From: Minisyncoccota bacterium | GTDB lineage: Bacteria; Patescibacteriota; Minisyncoccia; Phycocordibacterales; UBA9973 | Reading direction: 5' to 3' | Assembly (NCBI GenBank): GCA_031413715.1 | Contig: JANOFO010000010.1 | Coordinates: 302-64,301, forward strand | DNA: 64,000 nt | Shown here: positions 56,460-64,000 of the stretch, one piece after another | Layout of the letters: each line of letters opens with the position of its first letter | Numbering within the stretch: position 1 is the first letter of the stretch | Made by a program: the position numbers and the translations under genes | The notes under the pieces: model-generated | What the model was told of the DNA's origin: nothing | What the model saw: the letters and a program-made list of their open reading frames with translations, nothing else | Database searches by the model: none

Positions 56460-57650
56460 CTAGTTAATTATCTTGCAGAATCTTTTTTTGCCGATGCGAT
56501 AGACGCCTGTCTTTGCTTTGACATTATGATCTGCTATTTTTTCATTACTATCGAGATTCGTAATCGCGTGTTCGTCTACAAGGCGACGAAATTCGCTCTT
56601 TGAAGAAACAAGTTCGTGCCTAAGAAATACATCTACTAAGAAAGTATCTTTTTCTGCTTTTATCTCCGGAAGATTGAAAGGGATTTCACTCTTTTGAAAT
56701 ATTTTTGTGAAATTTGCTTCAGCATCTTTTGCTTTCTTTTTTCCATGATAGATAGTTGTAATATCGCGAGCTAGTCTCATCTTCAAATTTTTTGGATTTA
56801 CCCCTTCTGCCATTTCTTTAGCTATATTTTCAAGTTCCATTATAGAGACATCCGTGCAAAGTTCGAATGCAGGGATGATAAGTCCATCGGTCCAGCTCAT
56901 AATCTTGCCATACATGTCGGTGGCACTATCCGACAGTGTAACCATATTACCTTCGGTTTTTCCCATTTTCTTGCCGCTACTATCTTCTAGTAATTTTACG
57001 GTCATTACAAACTTTTCTTTATTTTTGAGAGTCTTCATAAGGTCACGGCCGACTAGCATGTTGAATGTCTGGTCATTGCCACCAATCTCACCATCAACAT
57101 CCATAGCTACACTGTCATAGCCTTGCATGAGTGGATACATGAATTCGTGTATTAAGATAGGTTTGCCTTCTTCGTTACGTTTCTTGAACATGTCGCGCTC
57201 AAGCATTTGACTAACAGTCATATTAGAACCAAGAGAGAGTACCTCTGCAAAATTCATTTTGCCAAGCCATTTGGAGTTGAATTTAAATTGCGCGGCATTT
57301 TTTCCAGAAAACGATATTATGTGGCTTGCTTGCTTTTTATAAGTCTTTAAATTAGAAAGGACCTCTTTATGAGTTAATTGCTTGCGGGTTGCTGATTTAT
57401 CAGTTGGATCCCCGATCATCGCAGTGAAATCTCCCATAAGAAGAATAACCTTATGTCCCAGTTTTTGAAATTCCCCTAGTTTTTTAAGAGGTATAGCATG
57501 CCCCAAGTGCAATGTAGGACCAGTAGGATCAATACCTAAATAGATAGTGAGTTTCTCTCCGCGAGCAATTTTTGAGGTGACAAACTCTTTTGAAGGATAT
57601 ATGTTTGATATTCCTCGAGTAAGCAATTCATCATCTTTGTCATCAGTCAT
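56460..57650 (-). CDS. tyrS: tyrosyl-tRNA synthetase
   Basis: HLGHAIPLKKLGEFQKLGH (HIGH region), KMGKT (KMSKS), C-terminal S4-like domain. Confidence 0.9.
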   Translation of the reverse strand: MTDDKDDELLTRGISNIYPSKEFVTSKIARGEKLTIYLGIDPTGPTLHLGHAIPLKKLGEFQKLGHKVILLMGDFTAMIGDPTDKSATRKQLTHKEVLSNLKTYKKQASHIISFSGKNAAQFKFNSKWLGKMNFAEVLSLGSNMTVSQMLERDMFKKRNEEGKPILIHEFMYPLMQGYDSVAMDVDGEIGGNDQTFNMLVGRDLMKTLKNKEKFVMTVKLLEDSSGKKMGKTEGNMVTLSDSATDMYGKIMSWTDGLIIPAFELCTDVSIMELENIAKEMAEGVNPKNLKMRLARDITTIYHGKKKAKDAEANFTKIFQKSEIPFNLPEIKAEKDTFLVDVFLRHELVSSKSEFRRLVDEHAITNLDSNEKIADHNVKAKTGVYRIGKKRFCKIIN

Positions 57651-57718
57651 GTGCCTATTTTACCATATAAATAAGGCTTTGTCCGTAGTCTTTGTCGGGT
57701 ATGATATGATAGTAAGAC

Positions 57719-60313
57719 ATGAAAAAAAATAGAAATTATAGAAAGATTTTCAAAAAACATTATAAAAGAGTAAAAATTTACCTCGATAAGCTAGAAGATG
57801 GGATCCTCAAGAGACTGCGGAAGCATTCCTTTAAGAATTGGATCTTTACGGTAATCGGGGCCGGAGTCCTTTTGTTTGGGATTTTCGCTATTTGGGTCAG
57901 CACACTTAAACTACCGGACTTTAAAACATTTACGGAGCAGAAGATACAGAGCTCGACTAAAATATATGATCGGACAGGAGAAATACTCCTATATAATGCA
58001 AACCAAGATCTAAAGCGGACGGTCATTCCTTATGAAGCGATGGGTACGAATATAAAAAATGCTGCAGTCGCTATAGAAGATTCAGAATTTTATAACCATA
58101 ATGGCATACGATTAAAGTCAATCTTCCGAGCAACCATCTGGGCAAAACTGACAGGAAAGAGAGTGACTGGCGGATCGACAATAACCCAGCAATTAATTAA
58201 GAATACCCTGCTCACTGCAAAAAGGACGCCATCGCGAAAAATAAAAGAATGGATACTGTCAATCAAGCTTGAGCGCGTCATGAAAAAAGATGAGATCCTT
58301 GCTTCATATTTAAACGCCGCGCCCTATGGCGGAAATATATACGGAATAGAAGAAGCATCAAAAGCATTTTTTGGGAAAGAACCATTAGAACTTTCTCTCG
58401 CAGAGTCAGCATACCTAGCTGCTATCCCCAATTCCCCGACATACTACTCTCCATACGGAAAAAACAAAGCGCGGTTGGACGAGCGCAAGAACCTCGTGCT
58501 CAATAGAATGCTTGATCTTGCGTTTATAACAAAAGAACAATATGACAGCGCGCGAAGCGAGGCAATCGTTTTTCAAACACAACAGCCGCTTCATATCGCA
58601 GCGCCTCATTTTGTTTTCTTTATTATGAACTACTTACAGGAAACATATGGAGATGATGCAGTTACTTCAGGAGGACTTAAGATTATAACAACTCTCGATT
58701 ATGAACTGCAGAAAAAAGCAGAAGAGATCGCCCTTAAACATGCTACAGAAAATGAAAAAAGTTGGAATGGCAAGAATGCCGCCGTGGTTGTGATAGATCC
58801 AAAAACCGGACAGATACTTTCGATGGTTGGGTCACGCAATTACTTCGACAAAACAATAGATGGCAACTTTAATGTCACGACTGCTGCTCGTCAACCGGGG
58901 TCGTCTTTCAAACCTATTGTCTATGCCAAAGCTTTCGAAGAAGGTTTTACTGAGAGTACGACACTATTTGACTTGAAGACTGAATTCAATTCATCATGCG
59001 GACCGACTAGTACTCCCCTGCCAGGACATGGTGGAGCAGATTGTTATTCGCCGGTTAATTTCGATTCCAATTATCGCGGACCAATGACACTCAAAGAGGC
59101 TCTTGCTCAGTCGATAAACGTAGTTGCGGTAAAACTGCTATATCTAGTTGGTGTACCAGACTCTCTTAAGATGGCTCATGATTTGGGCATCAGCACACTC
59201 AACGACCCGACCAGATACGGACTCTCGCTTGTGATTGGAGGTGGAGAAACAACACTTCTTGATATGACGTCTGCATATGGAGTCTTTGCAAATAGTGGTA
59301 TCCGAAATCCCACAACAGGTATTCTTTCTATAAAAAATGACAAGGAAAATATTTTAGAAGAATATAAAGATAAATCGTATCAAGTGCTTGATCCAAACGT
59401 TCCGAGAATATTAGCAGATATATTATCAGATAATAACGCTAGAACTCCGACATTTGGAGCAAATTCGGCTTTGGTGATACCTGGAAGAGAAGTTGCGGTT
59501 AAAACAGGTACTACTAATGACAATAAAGATGCGTGGACTATAGGCTACACTCCTTCAGTGGCCGTCGGAGTATGGGTGGGTAACAATGAGAATACTCCGA
59601 TGAAAAAAGGCGGTGTGGCTCTTGCTGGTCCGATATGGAATCAAGTTATAAAAGAAGCGCTTAAAAATAAGCCAGTCGAGTCCTTCGAGGAGCCGGCTCC
59701 TATTGATCCGAATTTGTCTCCAATACTTCGAGGCTTCTGGCAAGGTGGAGATACGTTTGTTACTGATACTATTTCCGGAGGGCTTGCTACTGAATACACA
59801 CCAACAGGTACTCAGAAGGAGCAATCGATTACAAATGTGCATACAATCCTTTATTGGATAGACAAGAGTAATCCAGTGGGACCACGGCCTATAAATCCAC
59901 AAAGCGATCCTCAGTACCCAAACTGGGAATATGGAGTACAGAAGTGGTGGGGAGTAAATAGAGGTAGCTACCCTGCTATTACCGAAGCAAACCAGCCTAT
60001 TGGTTATGATCCTGTTCATACAATCAGCTCTAAGCCGGTATTCCAAGTTAATGGACTTCAAAACACACCTTATAAAAAGAATCAGATTATCCCCATCATG
60101 ATTACAAATCAAAGTCATTACCCAATTAAGAAAATCGATGTCTTTGTAAACAGCACCTATCTTACTTCGTTAAAATCAAGTCCATGGAATACATCATTTA
60201 CCCCGAGTAACATAGAGAGTATTTCATTGAACAATACGATCAAGGTTATCGGTTACGACATCTTGGGAAATTCTGGAGAAGTAACAGTTCCATTCTCAGT
60301 GGAAAGTAATTAA
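57719..60313 (+). CDS. class A penicillin-binding protein (PBP1a: glycosyltransferase GT51 + transpeptidase)
   Basis: GT51 motifs (EDSEFYNHNGI, GGSTITQQL); TPase SSFKP and KTG(T); N-terminal TM. Confidence 0.85.
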   Translation: MKKNRNYRKIFKKHYKRVKIYLDKLEDGILKRLRKHSFKNWIFTVIGAGVLLFGIFAIWVSTLKLPDFKTFTEQKIQSSTKIYDRTGEILLYNANQDLKRTVIPYEAMGTNIKNAAVAIEDSEFYNHNGIRLKSIFRATIWAKLTGKRVTGGSTITQQLIKNTLLTAKRTPSRKIKEWILSIKLERVMKKDEILASYLNAAPYGGNIYGIEEASKAFFGKEPLELSLAESAYLAAIPNSPTYYSPYGKNKARLDERKNLVLNRMLDLAFITKEQYDSARSEAIVFQTQQPLHIAAPHFVFFIMNYLQETYGDDAVTSGGLKIITTLDYELQKKAEEIALKHATENEKSWNGKNAAVVVIDPKTGQILSMVGSRNYFDKTIDGNFNVTTAARQPGSSFKPIVYAKAFEEGFTESTTLFDLKTEFNSSCGPTSTPLPGHGGADCYSPVNFDSNYRGPMTLKEALAQSINVVAVKLLYLVGVPDSLKMAHDLGISTLNDPTRYGLSLVIGGGETTLLDMTSAYGVFANSGIRNPTTGILSIKNDKENILEEYKDKSYQVLDPNVPRILADILSDNNARTPTFGANSALVIPGREVAVKTGTTNDNKDAWTIGYTPSVAVGVWVGNNENTPMKKGGVALAGPIWNQVIKEALKNKPVESFEEPAPIDPNLSPILRGFWQGGDTFVTDTISGGLATEYTPTGTQKEQSITNVHTILYWIDKSNPVGPRPINPQSDPQYPNWEYGVQKWWGVNRGSYPAITEANQPIGYDPVHTISSKPVFQVNGLQNTPYKKNQIIPIMITNQSHYPIKKIDVFVNSTYLTSLKSSPWNTSFTPSNIESISLNNTIKVIGYDILGNSGEVTVPFSVESN

Positions 60314-60573
60314 CGTATATCATTAAAGCGCTTGGCTGGAAGGAGACTGGAGAGGTCTTTGAGTATTCCTTGTTTATGAATTAAAATTTCATTACGAAGC
60401 ATTGGAGAGCCTTGTATATATATGTTTATACCGCGGACTTTGATTGCTGAAGCTTTGATCGGCACCGATATGTGTTTTGTTATTATGTTTGCAATAATTT
60501 CATTACTGGCTTCGCCTTCAAAAAGAATTTTTTTAAACTTATCGAGAAAATTTACAATAGGGTTGTAGTCCAT
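60310..60573 (-). CDS. DUF721/DciA-like small protein downstream of dnaN
   Basis: 87 aa; VRGINIYIQGSPMLRNEILIHKQGILKDL pattern; position immediately after dnaA-dnaN. Confidence 0.4.
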   Translation of the reverse strand: MDYNPIVNFLDKFKKILFEGEASNEIIANIITKHISVPIKASAIKVRGINIYIQGSPMLRNEILIHKQGILKDLSSLLPAKRFNDIR

Positions 60574-60574
60574 A

Positions 60575-61672
60575 TTACCTATTCATTGGCATCACCAAAT
60601 ACATAAAGGATGGGTCGCCGACAGGGTGTATGATCATAGGTCTATTGTTGCCATTGAGCTCGAGATTAAGGCTATCAGAGGCAATAGACTGGAAACAATC
60701 AATAATATATTTATAGTTAAAATTCGCTGATACGCTTTCACCTTTGAGCGCTCCAGTTAGAAATGTGCTGTTCTCGCCAATGTCTGCATTTTTGGCTTCT
60801 ATCTCAAATACTTTTTCTTGGGGCTTAACTGTGATTGTAATCTGGTTGAATTTATCGGAAAAAATATTAGAAACCTTTAGAGAGGATATAAAGTCCTGCT
60901 TGAGAACTGTAGCTTCTGTACCAGAACTTTTGGGAATGATTTGCTTATAGTCAGGGAATGATCCATCTACAACACGGGATGTCAGATATATGCTTGGGGT
61001 GGATAAGGATAATTGATTTTTAGCAAGGGTTATTTTAAGGTCGTCACTTGATCCTTCAAATACTTTTATTATTTCAATACTATTTTTGAGAGGTATAAGA
61101 ATCCCACCAAAGGAAAGTTTTTGTTTGATTTTAACTTTTTTCTCTGCTAGGCGAAACGAGTCAGTTGATACGAATACAAGAGTATCATCTTCTGGGTATA
61201 TATAAATACTACCAATCTCGGGTTTAATTTCAGAAATTGAAGCTCCGTAATAAACTGATTTTATACCTTCAATAAATTTTTTTGCCGGTATGATGAATTC
61301 TTCCCCTGTAATACTTGGAATGGTTGGGAAATCTTCGTGAGAAATACTTTTTAGTAAAATAGTGTTTGTTTCTGTTTTCACCGACAGGTTACCATTAATT
61401 AATTCAAAGTTAATATTTTTATTTCCACTTATAACTGAGAATAATGATGAGAGTATATCTCCACGAATAGCCACCATACCCTCCTTTTCAACTTTGGCTG
61501 GTATGGTTATTTCTATACCTATACTCAGATTGGTGGCACGAAGCTTAAGTGTATTTAGAGAAGCAACCCACAGAACTGAGCCTAAAACAGGCAGTGTAAG
61601 ATTTTTACCTGTTAGTCGTTCAGCAATGATGAGAGCGCTCTTAATTTTTTCTACATGGCATTCTAATTTCAT
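60575..61672 (-). CDS. dnaN: DNA polymerase III beta sliding clamp
   Basis: MKLECHVEKIKSAL...; three-domain size, 365 aa. Confidence 0.85.
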   Translation of the reverse strand: MKLECHVEKIKSALIIAERLTGKNLTLPVLGSVLWVASLNTLKLRATNLSIGIEITIPAKVEKEGMVAIRGDILSSLFSVISGNKNINFELINGNLSVKTETNTILLKSISHEDFPTIPSITGEEFIIPAKKFIEGIKSVYYGASISEIKPEIGSIYIYPEDDTLVFVSTDSFRLAEKKVKIKQKLSFGGILIPLKNSIEIIKVFEGSSDDLKITLAKNQLSLSTPSIYLTSRVVDGSFPDYKQIIPKSSGTEATVLKQDFISSLKVSNIFSDKFNQITITVKPQEKVFEIEAKNADIGENSTFLTGALKGESVSANFNYKYIIDCFQSIASDSLNLELNGNNRPMIIHPVGDPSFMYLVMPMNR

Positions 61673-61882
61673 ATTATTCTTATAACTATCTATTAATAAT
61701 TTATTACTATTACTATCTCTGTTAATATGTGGATTACTTTTTTTAATATTACTACATAAGAACTTTTACAGTATTTATAATTCATAACTCTTTGACTATT
61801 TGTGGATTACTTTCAAGAAATTTTATTAACCAAACTTTTCAACATTCTTGATTTCTTTAAACAGATCTTATCCACATCATTA
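61673..61882. promoter_or_regulatory. AT-rich dnaA-dnaN intergenic region with DnaA boxes (oriC candidate)
   Basis: ttatccaca at 61868-61876 (perfect); two tgtggatta (one mismatch) starting at 61736 and 61801; very AT-rich. Confidence 0.5.
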
Positions 61883-63244
61883 TCATTTAAACATAATTCG
61901 TATTTTTTCTATCTCTTGTAATAATGATGGATCAGTTTTTAAATCATCTCGTATTTTTAAATGAGAGTGTATGACCGTTGTATGATCCCTACCCCCCATT
62001 TTTTGTCCTATAAGTGGATATGAGATATTAAAATCTTCCCGTAGTATATACATCGCTACTTGACGCGCCCGAACGATCTCTTTTCGGCGGGTTTTTTCGT
62101 AAATTATATCCTCTGTTATTCCATACTGATCAGCGATAATACGTACGATATCTTTAATAGCAACGGTTTTCTTGGGTTTGATATTATTTTTAATTAATGT
62201 TTTAACCTCATTCAAACCCAGAGATTTATTTTTAAGCTCTGACTGGCAGATAATGGTATTAAGGCTACCCTCCAATTCGCGGATATTACCCTCTAAAGAT
62301 GTTGCCAAATATGCTACGACATCAGGTTCGACAATGCAGCTCGTAGACTCAAATTTCGCTTTTATAATAGCCACTCTAGATTCATAATCCGGCTCTACGA
62401 TCTGAACGGTCATACCCGAGGCAAACCTAGACTGTAGCCGATCTTCTAATCCTTGGATGAAGTTCGGGTGTTTGTCGGATGAGAATATTATTTGTTTGTT
62501 GCTTTCATAGAGAGTATTAAACAGATGGAAGAGTTCTTCTTGCGTCTTATCCTTACCGGATATGAACTGAATATCGTCCATGATGATAACATCGTATTTG
62601 CGATACTTCTCCTTAAAAGAATTTGGATTCTTGTTTTGGATTGAATTTATATAATCGATTGCAAAACGTTCCAAGCTTACGTAATATATCTTTTTCCCTG
62701 GGTGCTTCACTTTTATTGTGTTTCCAATAGCTTGAATCATATGAGTCTTACCAAGTCCTGTTCCGCCATAAATGAAGAATGGGTTATAATTTTGCCCAGG
62801 ATTTGTAATAATGGCCTGTGCGACAGCATACGCAAGTTCATTGAAAGGTCCTACAATAAAGGAATTAAAATTATATTTAGGATTTAAATTATCATCTTTG
62901 TTTATATAAAGATCACCAAGAGGTAATTCTTTATTTATATTTATAACTGTCTTCACTATCTCATCATCGGAAGATTTATTTGTTTCTGTGTGTTTAGAAA
63001 TTATATACTCAATACTTCTGATACTATCTTCATGAGTAATGAGAGTTTTTAATATGAGTTTATGAAATTTATTATACAACCAGTCCTTAACGAATTCATT
63101 TGGTACCCCAATATAGAGTGTACCTGTATCTTCTTTAACAATAGATGTATTCTTAAACCAGGTAGTGAAATTAGCCTTTGATATATTTTGTTCTATCTCG
63201 GTGAGACTTTTAGTCCACAACTCTTTTGTATTCATAGTGCGCAT
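61883..63244 (-). CDS. dnaA: chromosomal replication initiator DnaA
   Basis: AAA+ Walker A GGTGLGKTH; C-terminal DNA-binding HTTVIHSHLKI. Confidence 0.9.
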   Translation of the reverse strand: MRTMNTKELWTKSLTEIEQNISKANFTTWFKNTSIVKEDTGTLYIGVPNEFVKDWLYNKFHKLILKTLITHEDSIRSIEYIISKHTETNKSSDDEIVKTVININKELPLGDLYINKDDNLNPKYNFNSFIVGPFNELAYAVAQAIITNPGQNYNPFFIYGGTGLGKTHMIQAIGNTIKVKHPGKKIYYVSLERFAIDYINSIQNKNPNSFKEKYRKYDVIIMDDIQFISGKDKTQEELFHLFNTLYESNKQIIFSSDKHPNFIQGLEDRLQSRFASGMTVQIVEPDYESRVAIIKAKFESTSCIVEPDVVAYLATSLEGNIRELEGSLNTIICQSELKNKSLGLNEVKTLIKNNIKPKKTVAIKDIVRIIADQYGITEDIIYEKTRRKEIVRARQVAMYILREDFNISYPLIGQKMGGRDHTTVIHSHLKIRDDLKTDPSLLQEIEKIRIMFK

Positions 63245-63362
63245 TATACTACTTTTTAAAATTTTGCTAATTATTAAATATCTGGATTAACCTGTTAACA
63301 ACATGTGGATATGTAAACACCTATCCCTTGACAACATAACTGTTTTCCGATAGTATCCAGTT
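63245..63362. promoter_or_regulatory. dnaA upstream region with DnaA-box-like sites
   Basis: tgtggatat (63305) and tctggatta (63282) resemble TTATCCACA in reverse complement. Confidence 0.3.
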
Positions 63363-64000
63363 ATGTTAAAAGAAGACCGTTATGGGATAAAATCCCTCCA
63401 CAGAGATTTCCCCACAGACGAGGCTTGCCTTGAATTCATTTTCAATGCGCTTCATTCTAAAACTTGTTCTTGCGGTGGAATTTACCGGCTCATCTCCGGA
63501 AGAAGGCAGTTTCAATGTTCTCAATGCCGCTTTCAGATCGCTCCCACTGCAAATACTATCTTCCATAAATCAGAAACACCGCTCACAACTTGGTTCTCGG
63601 CTATTTTAATATTCTCAAATGCCAAGAGTGGCATATCAGCCAATGAACTAGCACGACAGCTTGAACTTTATTACAAGACAGCATGGAGAATATTATATTT
63701 GATTCGAAAAGCCCTTACCCAAGATACTGACAAACTCTCCGGTGATGTCGAAATGGATGGAGCATACTTCGGTGGCCGGAGATATGGAGGCAAGGATAAT
63801 AAGGGAAGCAAGGCTTTGAAGGCTAAGTCAGCAGTTATGGCTGCCGTTGAGCGCGGAGGAGATATCAAAGCCGAGGTAGTATCGGATATGACAGCCGATA
63901 GCCACTGGGGATTTATCCAGAAGAATATCAGTCAAACAAATACAAGATTATTAACAGACAAAAGTAACCGGTATGATAATGCAGCTTCTGGATATAAAAG
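63363..64000 (+). CDS. IS1595-family transposase, N-terminal part (runs off the window)
   Basis: Own translation: ...CSCGGIYRLISGRRQFQCSQCRFQIAPTANTIFHKSETPLTTWFSAILIFSNAKSGISANELARQLELYYKTAWRILYLIRKAL...VEMDGAYFGG matches the IS1595/ISXO2 zinc-ribbon plus DDE N-terminus. Confidence 0.75.
   Translation, partial: MLKEDRYGIKSLHRDFPTDEACLEFIFNALHSKTCSCGGIYRLISGRRQFQCSQCRFQIAPTANTIFHKSETPLTTWFSAILIFSNAKSGISANELARQLELYYKTAWRILYLIRKALTQDTDKLSGDVEMDGAYFGGRRYGGKDNKGSKALKAKSAVMAAVERGGDIKAEVVSDMTADSHWGFIQKNISQTNTRLLTDKSNRYDNAASGYK

Noticed and set aside
63366-63566. 66-aa minus-strand ORF at the window end
   Set aside because: It is antisense to the well-supported IS1595 transposase N-terminus.
1-64000. 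CRISPR arrays or additional DGR variable repeats
   Set aside because: No short regularly spaced direct repeats. The TR-like sequence occurs only twice, so there is a single VR.

Overview
This is a low-GC, small-gene segment that resembles a Patescibacteria/CPR chromosome, and it includes the origin region (dnaA-dnaN with DnaA-box clusters). Core genes present are a type IV pilus PilM-PilN fusion, DedA, YqgF, RuvA/B/C, Fpg, PolA, TsaE, PilB/GspE, TyrS, PBP1a, S20, a Zur-ZupT pair, and five tRNAs (Arg-TCT, Ser-TGA, Arg-GCG, Lys-TTT).

Accessory content I can support from the sequence:
- A complete diversity-generating retroelement at 30.3-33.2 kb. It has a DGR-type reverse transcriptase with the IGNLTSQ motif, Avd, a 118-bp template repeat, and a variable repeat at the 3' end of the target gene. 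All 17 differences between the two repeats sit at template adenines.
- An integrated element beside tRNA-Ser, with the recombinase gene overlapping the tRNA 3' end. It carries a large serine recombinase, a primase-polymerase/helicase, an excisionase-family HTH, and a 1012-aa PHP-nuclease plus coiled-coil ABC/SMC-like ATPase fusion that looks like a Ppl-type single-gene anti-phage system.
- Next to that element, a copper island: a CsoR repressor with a perfect GC-tract operator palindrome embedded in a consensus -35/-10 promoter, then a CopA ATPase and accessory copper-handling proteins.
- Two paralogous ~585-aa cysteine-rich multi-zinc-ribbon proteins of unknown family.
- Two tRNAs (Arg-GCG, Lys-TTT) flanked by partial copies of themselves with GC-hairpin insertions; a small GIY-YIG gene sits between tRNA-Arg and its duplicated 5' fragment.
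- Two transposase genes (one ISL3/IS256-like, one IS1595 partial at the window end) and a ~700-bp GC-richer non-coding region.

All calls rest on motif recognition by eye. No database searches or folding computations were run.
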